Assembly (NCBI RefSeq): GCF_019173455.1
Contig: NZ_JADPQH010000001.1
Coordinates: forward strand, 1,268,391-1,332,390
Reading direction: 5' to 3'
DNA: 64,000 nucleotides
DNA from: Nesterenkonia sp. Act20
GTDB lineage: Bacteria; Actinomycetota; Actinomycetes; Actinomycetales; Micrococcaceae
Shown piece after piece: positions 34,977-44,264 of the stretch (positions within the stretch are counted from its first letter, which is position 1; the number at the start of each line of letters is the position of its first letter). Under the pieces are notes generated by a model, which had not been told where the DNA came from, searched no databases, and saw only the letters and a list, made by a program, of their open reading frames with translations. Position numbers and translations under genes: made by a program.

Positions 34977-34998
34977 ACTGAACGAACGGTCGGTAAAT
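34977..34998. promoter_or_regulatory. PaaR-type operator-like motif upstream of paaA
   Basis: actgaacgaacggtcggtaaat ~20 nt upstream of the paaA ATG; near-identical to 56270-56292. Confidence 0.5.
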
Positions 34999-35016
34999 AA
35001 TGCGACGGAATCGAGG

Positions 35017-36054
35017 ATGACCATGTCACCCCAGAACCACCAGCACGCGCCCCTTCGCCTCGCCGATGAGGCAGATGCCGCTGCGGCGCGCGACGAGGCA
35101 GAGTCCGGACAGCACCGCTTCGACGAGATCATCGCCGATGACTCTCGCATCGAGCCGCGGGACTGGATGCCGGAGTCCTACCGGAAGTCTCTGGTGCGAC
35201 AGGTCTCCCAGCACGCCCACTCCGAGATCATCGGCATGCAGCCCGAAGGCAACTGGATCTCCCGCGCGCCCAGCCTCAAGCGCAAGGCCATCCTGATGGC
35301 CAAGGTCCAGGACGAGGCGGGCCACGGGCTGTACCTCTACTCCGCCGCCGAGACCTTGGGCACCCCCCGCGAAGACATGTATGACCAGCTCTACAGCGGC
35401 AAGGCCAAGTACTCATCGATCTTCAACTACCCGGCACGCACCTGGGCCGACGTCGGCGCCATCGGCTGGCTGGTCGACGGCGCCGCGATCGTCAATCAGG
35501 TGCCGCTCTGCCGCGCCTCCTACGGACCCTATGGCCGCGCCATGGTCCGCATCTGCAAGGAGGAGTCCTTCCACCAGCGCCAGGGCTGGGAGATCCTCTA
35601 CTCGCTGTCCCACGGCACGCAGGAGCAGCGCGAGATGGCCCAGGCCGCCGTGGACCGCTTCTATGGGCCGGCGCTGCAGATGTTCGGACCACCGGACGGA
35701 GACTCCCCGAACTCGCAGCAGTCGATGGCGTGGAACATCAAGCGCTTCACCAATGACGAGCTGCGCCAGCGCTTCGTGGACATGATCGTCCCGCAGGTCG
35801 AGGCCCTGGGCCTCACACTCCCCGACCCCGAGTTGAAGTGGAACGAAGAACGCGGTCACTACGACTTCGCCGAGCTGGACTGGGACGAGTTCTTCGCCGT
35901 GATCAAGGGCAACGGCCCCTTGAGCCGCCAGCGCCTGGAGCACTACCGCAGCGCACGCGACGAGGGAGCCTGGGTCCGCGAGGCCGCCGTGGCCTATGCG
36001 AACCGCGTGTCCCAGGAGCAGGACCGCGACCAGGCAGCCTTGATCGGCGCCTGA
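35017..36054 (+). CDS. paaA: 1,2-phenylacetyl-CoA epoxidase subunit A
   Basis: 345 aa ferritin-like di-iron protein ([15 protein letters not shown] motifs). Confidence 0.85.
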   Translation: MTMSPQNHQHAPLRLADEADAAAARDEAESGQHRFDEIIADDSRIEPRDWMPESYRKSLVRQVSQHAHSEIIGMQPEGNWISRAPSLKRKAILMAKVQDEAGHGLYLYSAAETLGTPREDMYDQLYSGKAKYSSIFNYPARTWADVGAIGWLVDGAAIVNQVPLCRASYGPYGRAMVRICKEESFHQRQGWEILYSLSHGTQEQREMAQAAVDRFYGPALQMFGPPDGDSPNSQQSMAWNIKRFTNDELRQRFVDMIVPQVEALGLTLPDPELKWNEERGHYDFAELDWDEFFAVIKGNGPLSRQRLEHYRSARDEGAWVREAAVAYANRVSQEQDRDQAALIGA

Positions 36055-36128
36055 GCGTCACCCACTCCCCCACCACCCCCGCACGCTGACCGACCCGACG
36101 TCGTCACCACCGCAAGAAAGGCGAGGCC

Positions 36129-36428
36129 ATGTCCTCCAGCGCAGATTCGAGCTCCTGGCCTCTCTGGGAGGTCTTCATCCGAGGCTCCCGCGGCCTCTCC
36201 CACGTCCACGCCGGCTCCCTGCATGCCCCCGATGCCACGATGGCGATCCGCAATGCCCGGGATCTCTACACTCGGCGCAACGAGGGCACCTCGGTGTGGG
36301 TCGTCCCGGCTGAGGCGATCATGGCCTCGGATCCGGACTCCAAGGGCGGCTATTTCGAATCGGCCCAGGGCAAGAGCTACCGCCACGCCACCTATTACAC
36401 CCAGTCAGAAGGGGTGAAGCACCTGTGA
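36129..36428 (+). CDS. paaB: 1,2-phenylacetyl-CoA epoxidase subunit B
   Basis: 99 aa; PaaB signature LWEVFIRG. Confidence 0.85.
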   Translation: MSSSADSSSWPLWEVFIRGSRGLSHVHAGSLHAPDATMAIRNARDLYTRRNEGTSVWVVPAEAIMASDPDSKGGYFESAQGKSYRHATYYTQSEGVKHL

Positions 36429-37252
36429 GCTTCGCATCGCATGACTCCGCCACCCGGCAGTCCCAGGGCGAGGCGATCACCGCTGAGGAGATCGCAGCCT
36501 CAGGTGCCACGGCCGATGAGGCCACCGCCCGCTATGCCCTGATCCTGGGCGACGACGCGCTGATGCTCTCCCAGCGACTCGGCGCCTGGGTCTCTCGTGC
36601 ACCGGAGCTGGAGGAGGACGTGGCCCTGGCGAACATCGCGCTGGATCTGCTGGGCCACGCCAGGTTCCTGCTCACCTACGCCGGCACCGCCTGGGGCAAG
36701 TCCGAGGATGACCTCGCCTACTTCCGCGAGGAGGAGGAGTTCCGCTCCTGCCGCCTGGTGGAGCAGGAGAACGGGGACTTCGGCAAGACCATCGCCCGGC
36801 AGCTGATCTTCAGCTTCTACCAGCACGAGCTCTACAGCCGACTTGTGCACTCCACGGACGCCACTCTCGCGGCGATCGCGGAGAAGGCGCTCAAGGAGGT
36901 GGACTACCACCAGGACCACGCCGCCCAGTGGGTGCTGCGCCTGGGACTGGGCACCGAGGAGTCCTCGCGACGCATGCAGGCCGGCCTGGACTCAGTCTGG
37001 TCCTATGTGGAGGAGCTCTTCACCGATGTGGAGCCCATCACCGAGCTCGGCGACGTCGCAGTGCTGCCCTCGACTCTGCGCGAACCCACGCTGAACCGGC
37101 TGCACCAGGTCATCGAACAGGCCGATCTGAGCGTGCCAGACATGTCCGGCGCCCACGGAGCCGACCGATCCGGACGCCACTCCGAGCAGCGCGGATTCAT
37201 CCTGGCCGAGATGCAGGTCCTGGCCCGCCGCCACCCTGGAGCCACCTGGTGA
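36425..37252 (+). CDS. paaC: 1,2-phenylacetyl-CoA epoxidase subunit C
   Basis: 275 aa ferritin-like, overlaps the paaB stop. Confidence 0.8.
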   Translation: MSFASHDSATRQSQGEAITAEEIAASGATADEATARYALILGDDALMLSQRLGAWVSRAPELEEDVALANIALDLLGHARFLLTYAGTAWGKSEDDLAYFREEEEFRSCRLVEQENGDFGKTIARQLIFSFYQHELYSRLVHSTDATLAAIAEKALKEVDYHQDHAAQWVLRLGLGTEESSRRMQAGLDSVWSYVEELFTDVEPITELGDVAVLPSTLREPTLNRLHQVIEQADLSVPDMSGAHGADRSGRHSEQRGFILAEMQVLARRHPGATW

Positions 37253-37263
37253 GAGGAGCAGTC

Positions 37264-37776
37264 ATGGGGACGTTGAGACCAGAAGCCGTGACCCTTCCCG
37301 CAGACGCCACCGTGTGGGAGGTCGCCGCCACCGTGAATGATCCGGAGATTCCGGTGCTCAGCATCGCCGATCTCGGAATCCTGCGCGAGGCACGGCTGGA
37401 CGAGGACGGCACCGCCGTCGTCGTCATCACGCCCACCTACTCGGGCTGCCCCGCCATGGACACGATCCATGCCGATGTCACGGCGGCGCTGCGCCACGCC
37501 GGGCACGAAGCCGTGCGCGTGGACACCGTGCTGCAGCCGGCCTGGACCACCGACTGGATGACCGATGAGGGCAAGGCGAAGCTGCGTGAGTACGGCATCG
37601 CCCCGCCGACCGGCAAGGCGGCCCTCGGGCCGGTCCGAGTGGGCCTGAGCGTGAAATGCCCGCGTTGTGACTCCCCCAATACCCGTGAGATGACCCGCTT
37701 CGGCTCCACCGCATGCAAGGCGCTCTACCAGTGCCGCGACTGCCTGGAGCCCTTTGACCACTTCAAGGTGCACTGA
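37264..37776 (+). CDS. paaD: 1,2-phenylacetyl-CoA epoxidase subunit D (DUF59/SufT-like)
   Basis: 170 aa from internal ATG of track ORF 36928; C-terminal CPRC...CRDC zinc-ribbon. Confidence 0.8.
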   Translation: MGTLRPEAVTLPADATVWEVAATVNDPEIPVLSIADLGILREARLDEDGTAVVVITPTYSGCPAMDTIHADVTAALRHAGHEAVRVDTVLQPAWTTDWMTDEGKAKLREYGIAPPTGKAALGPVRVGLSVKCPRCDSPNTREMTRFGSTACKALYQCRDCLEPFDHFKVH

Positions 37777-38927
37777 TGTCGACGACCACCCGCCGCCGCG
37801 CGAGCTTCTCCACGCTGACCGTCTCCGAAGTGCGCCCACTGACCTCGGACTCGGTGGAGGTCACCTTCGCCGTTCCCGAGGAGCTGCAGGAGGACTTCGA
37901 CTACGCACCCGGCCAGTACGTCGCGCTGCGCACCGAGCTGGACGGCCAGGAGGTCCGCCGCTCCTACTCGATCTGCACCGAGCCCACCCCCGGAGAGATC
38001 CGCGTTGCGATCAAACGTGACATCGGTGGCCTGTTCTCCAACTGGGCCAACGAGTCGCTGAAGCCCGGAGATCAGATGGAGGTGATGAACCCCTCCGGGG
38101 CGTTCGTCTCCAAGACGGCGATCACCTCGATGAACAATCCCGCGAAGCTCGCGGAGGAGGCGGTGGCGCTGCGCTCGGACGTGCACCTGGTCGCCTTCGC
38201 CGCAGGATCAGGGATCACTCCGATCATGGCCATCGCACGCTCCGTGCTGGCCGCCTCAAAGGACTCCACCTTCGACCTCGTCTACGCCAACCGCTCCGCG
38301 GGTGACGTGATGTTCGCCGAGGAGCTGGGTGATCTCAAGGACCGTTATCCCTCCCGGCTCGCGGTGCACCATGTGCTCAGCCGGGAGCAGCGCATCAACC
38401 CGCTGCTCACCGGGCGGATCGACGAGGAGAAGCTCAGCGATCTGCTGGACAAGGTGCTGCGCGTCCAGGACACCGATGAGTGGTTCCTCTGTGGGCCCTT
38501 CGAGCTGGTGCAGATGGCCCGGGACTTCCTCGCAGCCCGCGGAGTGGATGAGAATGACGTCCGCTTCGAGCTGTTCACCACCGGACGCCCGGACCGCCCC
38601 GAAGGTCAGCAGGGCCGCAAGGTGGAGGCCGATCCGGAGGGCGAGAACGTCCAGATCGAGTTCACCCTCGACGGACTCACCGGCCAGGTGGCCTCGCCGA
38701 CGGGTTCGGGAGAGACCGTGCTCAACGCCGCACTGCGCGCCCGCTCGGACGTGCCGTTCGCCTGCGCGGGCGGAGTCTGCGGCACCTGCCGCGCGAAGGT
38801 CGTTTCTGGAGATTTCGAGATGGAAGAGAACTTTGCGCTGGAGTCCGACGAGGTCACGGCGGGCTACATCCTGACCTGCCAGACCCGTCCCACCTCCGAG
38901 AAGCTCGTGGTCGACTACGACGCCTGA
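37776..38927 (+). CDS. paaE: 1,2-phenylacetyl-CoA epoxidase reductase subunit (FNR-like + plant-type [2Fe-2S])
   Basis: 383 aa; FAD (RSYS), NAD and C-terminal CAGGVCGTCRAKV ferredoxin motifs; 1-nt overlap with the paaD stop. Confidence 0.85.
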   Translation: MSTTTRRRASFSTLTVSEVRPLTSDSVEVTFAVPEELQEDFDYAPGQYVALRTELDGQEVRRSYSICTEPTPGEIRVAIKRDIGGLFSNWANESLKPGDQMEVMNPSGAFVSKTAITSMNNPAKLAEEAVALRSDVHLVAFAAGSGITPIMAIARSVLAASKDSTFDLVYANRSAGDVMFAEELGDLKDRYPSRLAVHHVLSREQRINPLLTGRIDEEKLSDLLDKVLRVQDTDEWFLCGPFELVQMARDFLAARGVDENDVRFELFTTGRPDRPEGQQGRKVEADPEGENVQIEFTLDGLTGQVASPTGSGETVLNAALRARSDVPFACAGGVCGTCRAKVVSGDFEMEENFALESDEVTAGYILTCQTRPTSEKLVVDYDA

Positions 38928-38953
38928 GCGCCACCACCGACACAGGAGCTGCC

Positions 38954-39724
38954 ATGATCAACCTCACCATCGTCGACGGCGTCGCCGAGATCGTCCTCGA
39001 CGCCCCCAAGAAGCTGAACTCGCTGGATGAGCAGGCCATCGACGACCTCGACGCGGCCTACCAGGAGGCCGAACAGGCAGAGGTCCGCTCCCTGCTGCTG
39101 CGCGGCGAGGGCAAAGGCTTCTGCGCCGGGCGGGACATCTCCGAAGTCGTGCCGGCCACCGACGACGCGCTCGGCTTCCTGCAGGGGAAGGTCACCCCGC
39201 TGATGCGCCGGATGGCCGCCTTCCCGGCACCGACCTTCGCCGCGGTCCAGGGCGCGTGCCTGGGCGTCGGGCTGGGACTGGCCATCGCTACAGACGTGGT
39301 CTATGTCGCCGAGAACGCGAAGATCGGCTCTCCCTTCGCAGCACTGGGCGCCACGCTGGATTCCGGGGGTCACGCCCTGTTCGTGGAGCGTCTCGGTGCC
39401 CACCGCACCCTGGATCTGATCTACACCGGGGACCTGATGTCCGGAGCTGAGGCGGTCGCGGCCGGGCTCTTCTCCCGTGCCGTGGATCCGGAAGAGCTCC
39501 TCGAGTTCACCCGAGGGAAGGCCGCCGTCGCCGCCCAGGGGGCCACGCTGGCCTTCCGCGAGTCGAAGGCACTCGTGGCGACGCTGCGGGACCAGCGCAT
39601 CGGACTCTGGGAGTCGCTGAAGGATGAGAACCACGCCCAGGGTCGGCTGTGCGACTCCGCGGATTATTCGGAGGGTTTCGCCGCCTTCCAGTCCAAGCGG
39701 AAGCCCATCTTCCACGGTCACTGA
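38954..39724 (+). CDS. paaG: Enoyl-CoA hydratase/isomerase (PaaG/PaaF-like)
   Basis: 256 aa crotonase fold (GFCAGRDI oxyanion-hole motif). Confidence 0.7.
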   Translation: MINLTIVDGVAEIVLDAPKKLNSLDEQAIDDLDAAYQEAEQAEVRSLLLRGEGKGFCAGRDISEVVPATDDALGFLQGKVTPLMRRMAAFPAPTFAAVQGACLGVGLGLAIATDVVYVAENAKIGSPFAALGATLDSGGHALFVERLGAHRTLDLIYTGDLMSGAEAVAAGLFSRAVDPEELLEFTRGKAAVAAQGATLAFRESKALVATLRDQRIGLWESLKDENHAQGRLCDSADYSEGFAAFQSKRKPIFHGH

Positions 39725-39788
39725 AACGTGACCCGGGGAATACCCGCGCAGGCTTGCCGAGAGGCAGGCGCAGGTCTAGCCTTCTCGC

Positions 39789-40016
39789 ATGGAAGCCATT
39801 GAGTTCATTGAAGCGGTCATCCTCGGCATCTGGGTGCTTGGCATCGTCGCGGCGCTGGTCGCCGTCCCGCTGACCAACACGAAGACCCACGCACTGGTGA
39901 TGTTCCTGGTCGCCTTCGCGCTGCCGATCATCGGCTCGGTGGTCGCGATCACCACCGCGGCCGAGCTGCGTTGGGAGCTGCACCAGGACCGCAGGAATGC
40001 CCGCCACCACGTCTGA
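39789..40016 (+). CDS. Small two-TM membrane protein, unknown function
   Basis: 75 aa; two hydrophobic helices, basic C-terminus. Confidence 0.4.
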   Translation: MEAIEFIEAVILGIWVLGIVAALVAVPLTNTKTHALVMFLVAFALPIIGSVVAITTAAELRWELHQDRRNARHHV

Positions 40017-40040
40017 GGCTTCCCCGAGGGGCAGACCTGT

Positions 40041-41003
40041 TTAGCCGCCGATGATCTGTCGGCGAAATTCGCCCGGCGAGACACCGTACTCATGCTTGAA
40101 TGCACGGCTGAAGCTCGACGCGTCCGGGTAGCCCCAGCGGGCCGCCACCGCGCTCACTGATCGACGCGACTGTGCCGGGTCACCGAGTTCTATGCGACAG
40201 CGCTCCAGCCGACGACGACGGATCCACTCGCTGATCGTCGTTCCCTCCTGCGCAAAGACGCCCTGCAGATAGCGCAGTGAGACATGCAGGGCCCGCGCCA
40301 CAGCTTCGACCCCGAGGCCGGGGTCGCTCAGGTGGTCGTCGATATGTCTGACCGCCTCCAGGTAGACCACGTCCCTGGTGGGAACATCTGAGGTGGGCCT
40401 GAAGCGCGAGAGCAGCGTCGCCTGGACCAGCTGCAACACTGCCGAAGCCGCACGCGGATCCGGGGCCATCTCCCCCTTCTGCAGCTGATCGTCAAGGCTC
40501 CCCAGCAGCGAAGATGTCAGGGCTCCCAACCCCGCACTTCCTGGGATCCGCTGAGCCACCACCTCTCGCGCCTGTTCGGCGGAGAGACCGAGATGCTCCA
40601 CTGCGATCTGCACGACGAACATTCGGTAGGCGCCATCGAAGACGAGGTCATAGGGTCGGCGAGTGTCATAGATGACGAGGTCTCCTGGTGAGAGCAGGGC
40701 CTCGCGTCCATCCTGTCGCGTGAGTGAACTCCCCTCGACCTGCAGAGCGAACTTGAAGACTCCTGGGTCCCCTGCGGCGATCGTCTGCCGACTTCGACGC
40801 ACTGTCACGGCATCCCCGCCCACCCCGGCCACGCTCAATGAGCCGAGAGCCAGCCCGGTGAGAGAGCCGTGGAACTGAGCAGGGTGCTCCGTCCTGGCAT
40901 CGAGCGGGACGAAAGCGGTGTTCACGGCGTGGCGCCACGCTTCGAAGCGCTCACCAGGCGCCAGCGGGTCGGGGTCGAAGGACACCTGCCCCGTCGTCAT
41001 CAT
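40041..41003 (-). CDS. AraC/XylS-family transcriptional regulator (FeaR-like)
   Basis: C-terminal double HTH (AVAARWGYPDASSFSRAFKHEYGVSPGEFRR); start taken at MMTTGQ (the track ORF extends to 41093, so the exact start is uncertain). Confidence 0.7.
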   Translation of the reverse strand: MMTTGQVSFDPDPLAPGERFEAWRHAVNTAFVPLDARTEHPAQFHGSLTGLALGSLSVAGVGGDAVTVRRSRQTIAAGDPGVFKFALQVEGSSLTRQDGREALLSPGDLVIYDTRRPYDLVFDGAYRMFVVQIAVEHLGLSAEQAREVVAQRIPGSAGLGALTSSLLGSLDDQLQKGEMAPDPRAASAVLQLVQATLLSRFRPTSDVPTRDVVYLEAVRHIDDHLSDPGLGVEAVARALHVSLRYLQGVFAQEGTTISEWIRRRRLERCRIELGDPAQSRRSVSAVAARWGYPDASSFSRAFKHEYGVSPGEFRRQIIGG

Positions 41004-41186
41004 GCTTGCCCACCGGCCTCTTTCCTGCTGATCTGCATGCTCCCAGTCTTCCACCTTATTGTGACCCGAGACACAATCATGCGCATGGTGCACAGGTCCG
41101 TGCGTCTGAGATCAAGGCGGGTGCCTGATCTGCGGAGATGCTGGTCTCCTCACCGCAGGACGGCGATTCAAGGAGACGAGAAGACG

Positions 41187-42710
41187 ATGGATGCACCCCG
41201 GACAAGCGAATACATCGTGATCGGCGCAGGGTCAGCTGGCTCGGCGATCACTCGGCGCCTGCTCGATGCCGGACACAGCGTGCACGTGATCGAGGCTGGC
41301 GGCCAGGATGAGGACCCCAACATCCACAGCCCCCAAGGCTGGCCCCTGCTCATGCAGGGACCGTCGGACTGGGCACTGACCACTGTGCCTCAGGTGCATG
41401 CGGACAATCGCAGCATCGCCTGGCCGCGCGGCAAGGTGTTGGGAGGGTCAGGCTCGCTCAACGGCATGATCTATATCCGTGGTCACCGTTCGGACTACGA
41501 CAAGTGGGCCGCTGCAGGATGCGAGGGCTGGGCGTGGGAGGACCTGCTGCCACTGTTCAGGCGTTCGGAAGACCACGAAGACGGAGCCTCCGAGTTCCAC
41601 GGCGCCGGCGGACCGCTGCACGTGGAGAAGATCGTGCACCGCCACGCGAGCTCCGAAGCGTTCGTCGAGGCGGCAGGAAGCGTCGGAATCCCCGAGACCC
41701 AGGACTTCAACGGCGAGCAGATGTCCGGAGCCGGGTTCAACCATACGACCACTAAGGACGGGAAGCGGCACAGCCCCTGGCGCGCGTTCATCCAACCGAT
41801 CCTGGGGCACGAGCGGCTCACCGTCACCACTGACGCCATGGTGCACCGGATCACCCACGAATCCGGGCAAGCCACCGGGGTGGAGTACAGCACCGCGTCT
41901 GGGGCTCACATCGCCCGCGCTGAGGCGGAGATCATCCTCTGCGGCGGAGCAATCGGCTCCCCCTCGATCCTGCAACGCTCCGGCATCGGTGATCCGTCTG
42001 ATCTTCGCCAGGCGGGCATCGATTCGGCGCTGGAGCTTTCCGGCGTCGGCAAGAACCTGCAGGATCATGTGCTTGCAAGCGTCATCTACGAGGCCCCCGA
42101 GCCGCTTGCCGAGGGACGGCACAATCTGCTGGAGGCGCAGCTCTTCGCGCACAGTCGACAGACCGACGAGGAGGCACCCGACATCCAGCCGCTCTTCATG
42201 CATTTCCCGTATCCCACCGACGGCGGAGAGGTGCCCGCAGCTGGCTTCACCATCAACGCCGGGATCGTCCGTCCGCGCTCCCGCGGGACGCTGCGGGTGA
42301 CCAGCTCCGATCCAAAGGCCTCTCCGCTGCTGGATCCGAATCTGCTGGCCGAGGAGTATGACCTGGAGGCTCTCTGTGACGCGATCGAGCTCTGCCGCGA
42401 AATCGGCGAACAGGATGCTCTAGCCCCCTATCGCAGAGCCGACTTCAACCCTGCCGGACCGTTGAAGACCCGCGACCAGGTCCGCGACCACGCCCGGGCC
42501 ATGGCGGGGACGTACCACCACCAGGCCGGCACATGCCGGATGGGCGTGGACGACCTCTCGGTGGTTGACCCCCAGCTGCGTGTGCGCGGAGTGACCGGCC
42601 TGCGCGTGGCCGACGCCTCGATCATGCCCGCACTGCCCAGCGGCAACACCAATGCCCCGTCGATCATGATCGGCGAGAAGGCCGCCGACCTGCTGCTGCA
42701 GAGTCGCTGA
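41187..42710 (+). CDS. GMC-family FAD oxidoreductase (choline/alcohol dehydrogenase-like)
   Basis: Start at MDAPRTSEYIVIGAGSAGS (ADP-binding bab motif) with AGGAGACG upstream; the track ORF start at 40869 is an over-extension. Confidence 0.8.
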   Translation: MDAPRTSEYIVIGAGSAGSAITRRLLDAGHSVHVIEAGGQDEDPNIHSPQGWPLLMQGPSDWALTTVPQVHADNRSIAWPRGKVLGGSGSLNGMIYIRGHRSDYDKWAAAGCEGWAWEDLLPLFRRSEDHEDGASEFHGAGGPLHVEKIVHRHASSEAFVEAAGSVGIPETQDFNGEQMSGAGFNHTTTKDGKRHSPWRAFIQPILGHERLTVTTDAMVHRITHESGQATGVEYSTASGAHIARAEAEIILCGGAIGSPSILQRSGIGDPSDLRQAGIDSALELSGVGKNLQDHVLASVIYEAPEPLAEGRHNLLEAQLFAHSRQTDEEAPDIQPLFMHFPYPTDGGEVPAAGFTINAGIVRPRSRGTLRVTSSDPKASPLLDPNLLAEEYDLEALCDAIELCREIGEQDALAPYRRADFNPAGPLKTRDQVRDHARAMAGTYHHQAGTCRMGVDDLSVVDPQLRVRGVTGLRVADASIMPALPSGNTNAPSIMIGEKAADLLLQSR

Positions 42711-42753
42711 ACATCTTCCTCGATCACCACCGCTGACCCTTTAGGAGAACACC

Positions 42754-44151
42754 ATGACCACCACCCTGCTCGAGCAGATCCAGTCCACTGACGGCCCAGA
42801 GATCCTCGACCCCGCCACCGGTGAGTTCATCGCCCGGGCGCCGCAGACCTCCCCCGCAGACCTCGACGACGCCGTCGCCCGTGCCGTGCGCGCCCAGGTC
42901 TCCTGGGCTGCCACGCCAGACGCCGAGCGGCAGGCCGCACTGCAGTCCGCCGCCGACGCGGTCGAGGCTCACGCCGAGGAACTCGCCCAGCTGCTCTCCC
43001 GTGAACAGGGAAAGCCGCTCAACGGCCCCAATGCGCGCTTCGAGGTCGGCGCCTGCGTGGCCTGGCTGCGCACCGCCGCATCGATCCCGGTGGAGCCTGA
43101 GGTCCTCCTCGACGACGAGTCCGGGCACGCCGAGCTGCACTACCGTCCGCTTGGCGTCGTCGGCGCGATCGGACCCTGGAACTGGCCGATGATGATCTCC
43201 GTGTGGCAGATCGCCCCCTCGCTGCGCATGGGCAACACGGTGGTCATCAAACCCTCCGAATACACCCCGCTCAGCGTGCTGGCCCTGGTCAAGGTCCTGA
43301 ACTCGGCCCTGCCGGAGGATGTGCTCATCGCGGTTCCAGGTGACGGCTCACTGGGCAAGCAGCTCACCGAGCACGCCGATATCGCGAAGATCATGTTCAC
43401 CGGTTCGGTGGCCACGGGCAAGGCCATCATCAAGACTGCCGCCGACACGATGAAGCGGATGACCATGGAGCTCGGCGGCAACGACGCCGGGATCGTGCTG
43501 GACGACGCCGATCCGGCGGCCATCGCGGAGGACCTGTTCTGGGGCGCGTTCATCAACACCGGTCAGACCTGCGCGGCACTGAAGCGACTCTACGTGCCGG
43601 ACTCGATCTACGACGAGGTCTGCCAGGCACTGACGGCGGTCGCGGCGAAGATGCCGATGGGCGTCGGCCTCGAGGAGCAGAATGTGCTGGGACCGCTGCA
43701 GAACGCCAAGCAGCGTGACATCGTGGCCCGTCTCGTGGACGCCGCGAAGGACTCCGGTGCGCGCGTGCTGATCGGCGCCAACCCCGACGACGACGCCGCA
43801 GGCTTCTTCTATCCCGCCACCCTCGTGGCAGACATCGACCAGCAGAACCCGCTGGTCACCGAGGAGCAGTTCGGCCCGGCCCTGCCGATCATCCGTTACA
43901 GCGACCTGGACCAGGCCATCGAATGGGCCAACGGTCTCGAGGTCGGTCTCGGCTCCTCGGTCTGGTCCTCAGACGTCACGCGTGCCACCGAAGTCGCCTC
44001 CCGGCTTCAGGCCGGCACCACGTGGATCAACAAGCACGGCGCGATCGATCCACGAGTGCCCTTCGGCGGAGCCAAGCAGTCCGGCTTCGGACTGGAGTTC
44101 GGGCTGCAGGGACTCAAAGAGGTCGCTCAGCCGCACGTGATCCAGCGCTGA
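42754..44151 (+). CDS. NAD(P)-dependent aldehyde dehydrogenase
   Basis: 465 aa ALDH fold (ELGGNDAGIV, catalytic Cys region GQTCAALKRLYV). Confidence 0.85.
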   Translation: MTTTLLEQIQSTDGPEILDPATGEFIARAPQTSPADLDDAVARAVRAQVSWAATPDAERQAALQSAADAVEAHAEELAQLLSREQGKPLNGPNARFEVGACVAWLRTAASIPVEPEVLLDDESGHAELHYRPLGVVGAIGPWNWPMMISVWQIAPSLRMGNTVVIKPSEYTPLSVLALVKVLNSALPEDVLIAVPGDGSLGKQLTEHADIAKIMFTGSVATGKAIIKTAADTMKRMTMELGGNDAGIVLDDADPAAIAEDLFWGAFINTGQTCAALKRLYVPDSIYDEVCQALTAVAAKMPMGVGLEEQNVLGPLQNAKQRDIVARLVDAAKDSGARVLIGANPDDDAAGFFYPATLVADIDQQNPLVTEEQFGPALPIIRYSDLDQAIEWANGLEVGLGSSVWSSDVTRATEVASRLQAGTTWINKHGAIDPRVPFGGAKQSGFGLEFGLQGLKEVAQPHVIQR

Positions 44152-44172
44152 GCAGTCTCCCCCGCCGCCCCC

Positions 44173-44247
44173 GCAAAAAAATCGTAGACCTCTAGCATGT
44201 CGTAGAGCTATAGCTCTACGACATGGCCGGAGGTCTACGATTTTTTG
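44173..44247. repeat. Palindromic A-tract/T-tract repeat element, copy C (near-perfect); bidirectional terminator-like
   Basis: gcaaaaaaatcgtagacctctagcatgtcgtagagctatagctctacgacatggccggaggtctacgattttttgc; outer 18-bp and inner 12-bp inverted repeats; between convergent ALDH and GH13 genes. Confidence 0.85.
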
Positions 44248-44264
44248 CCTCAGGAGTCAGCTAC

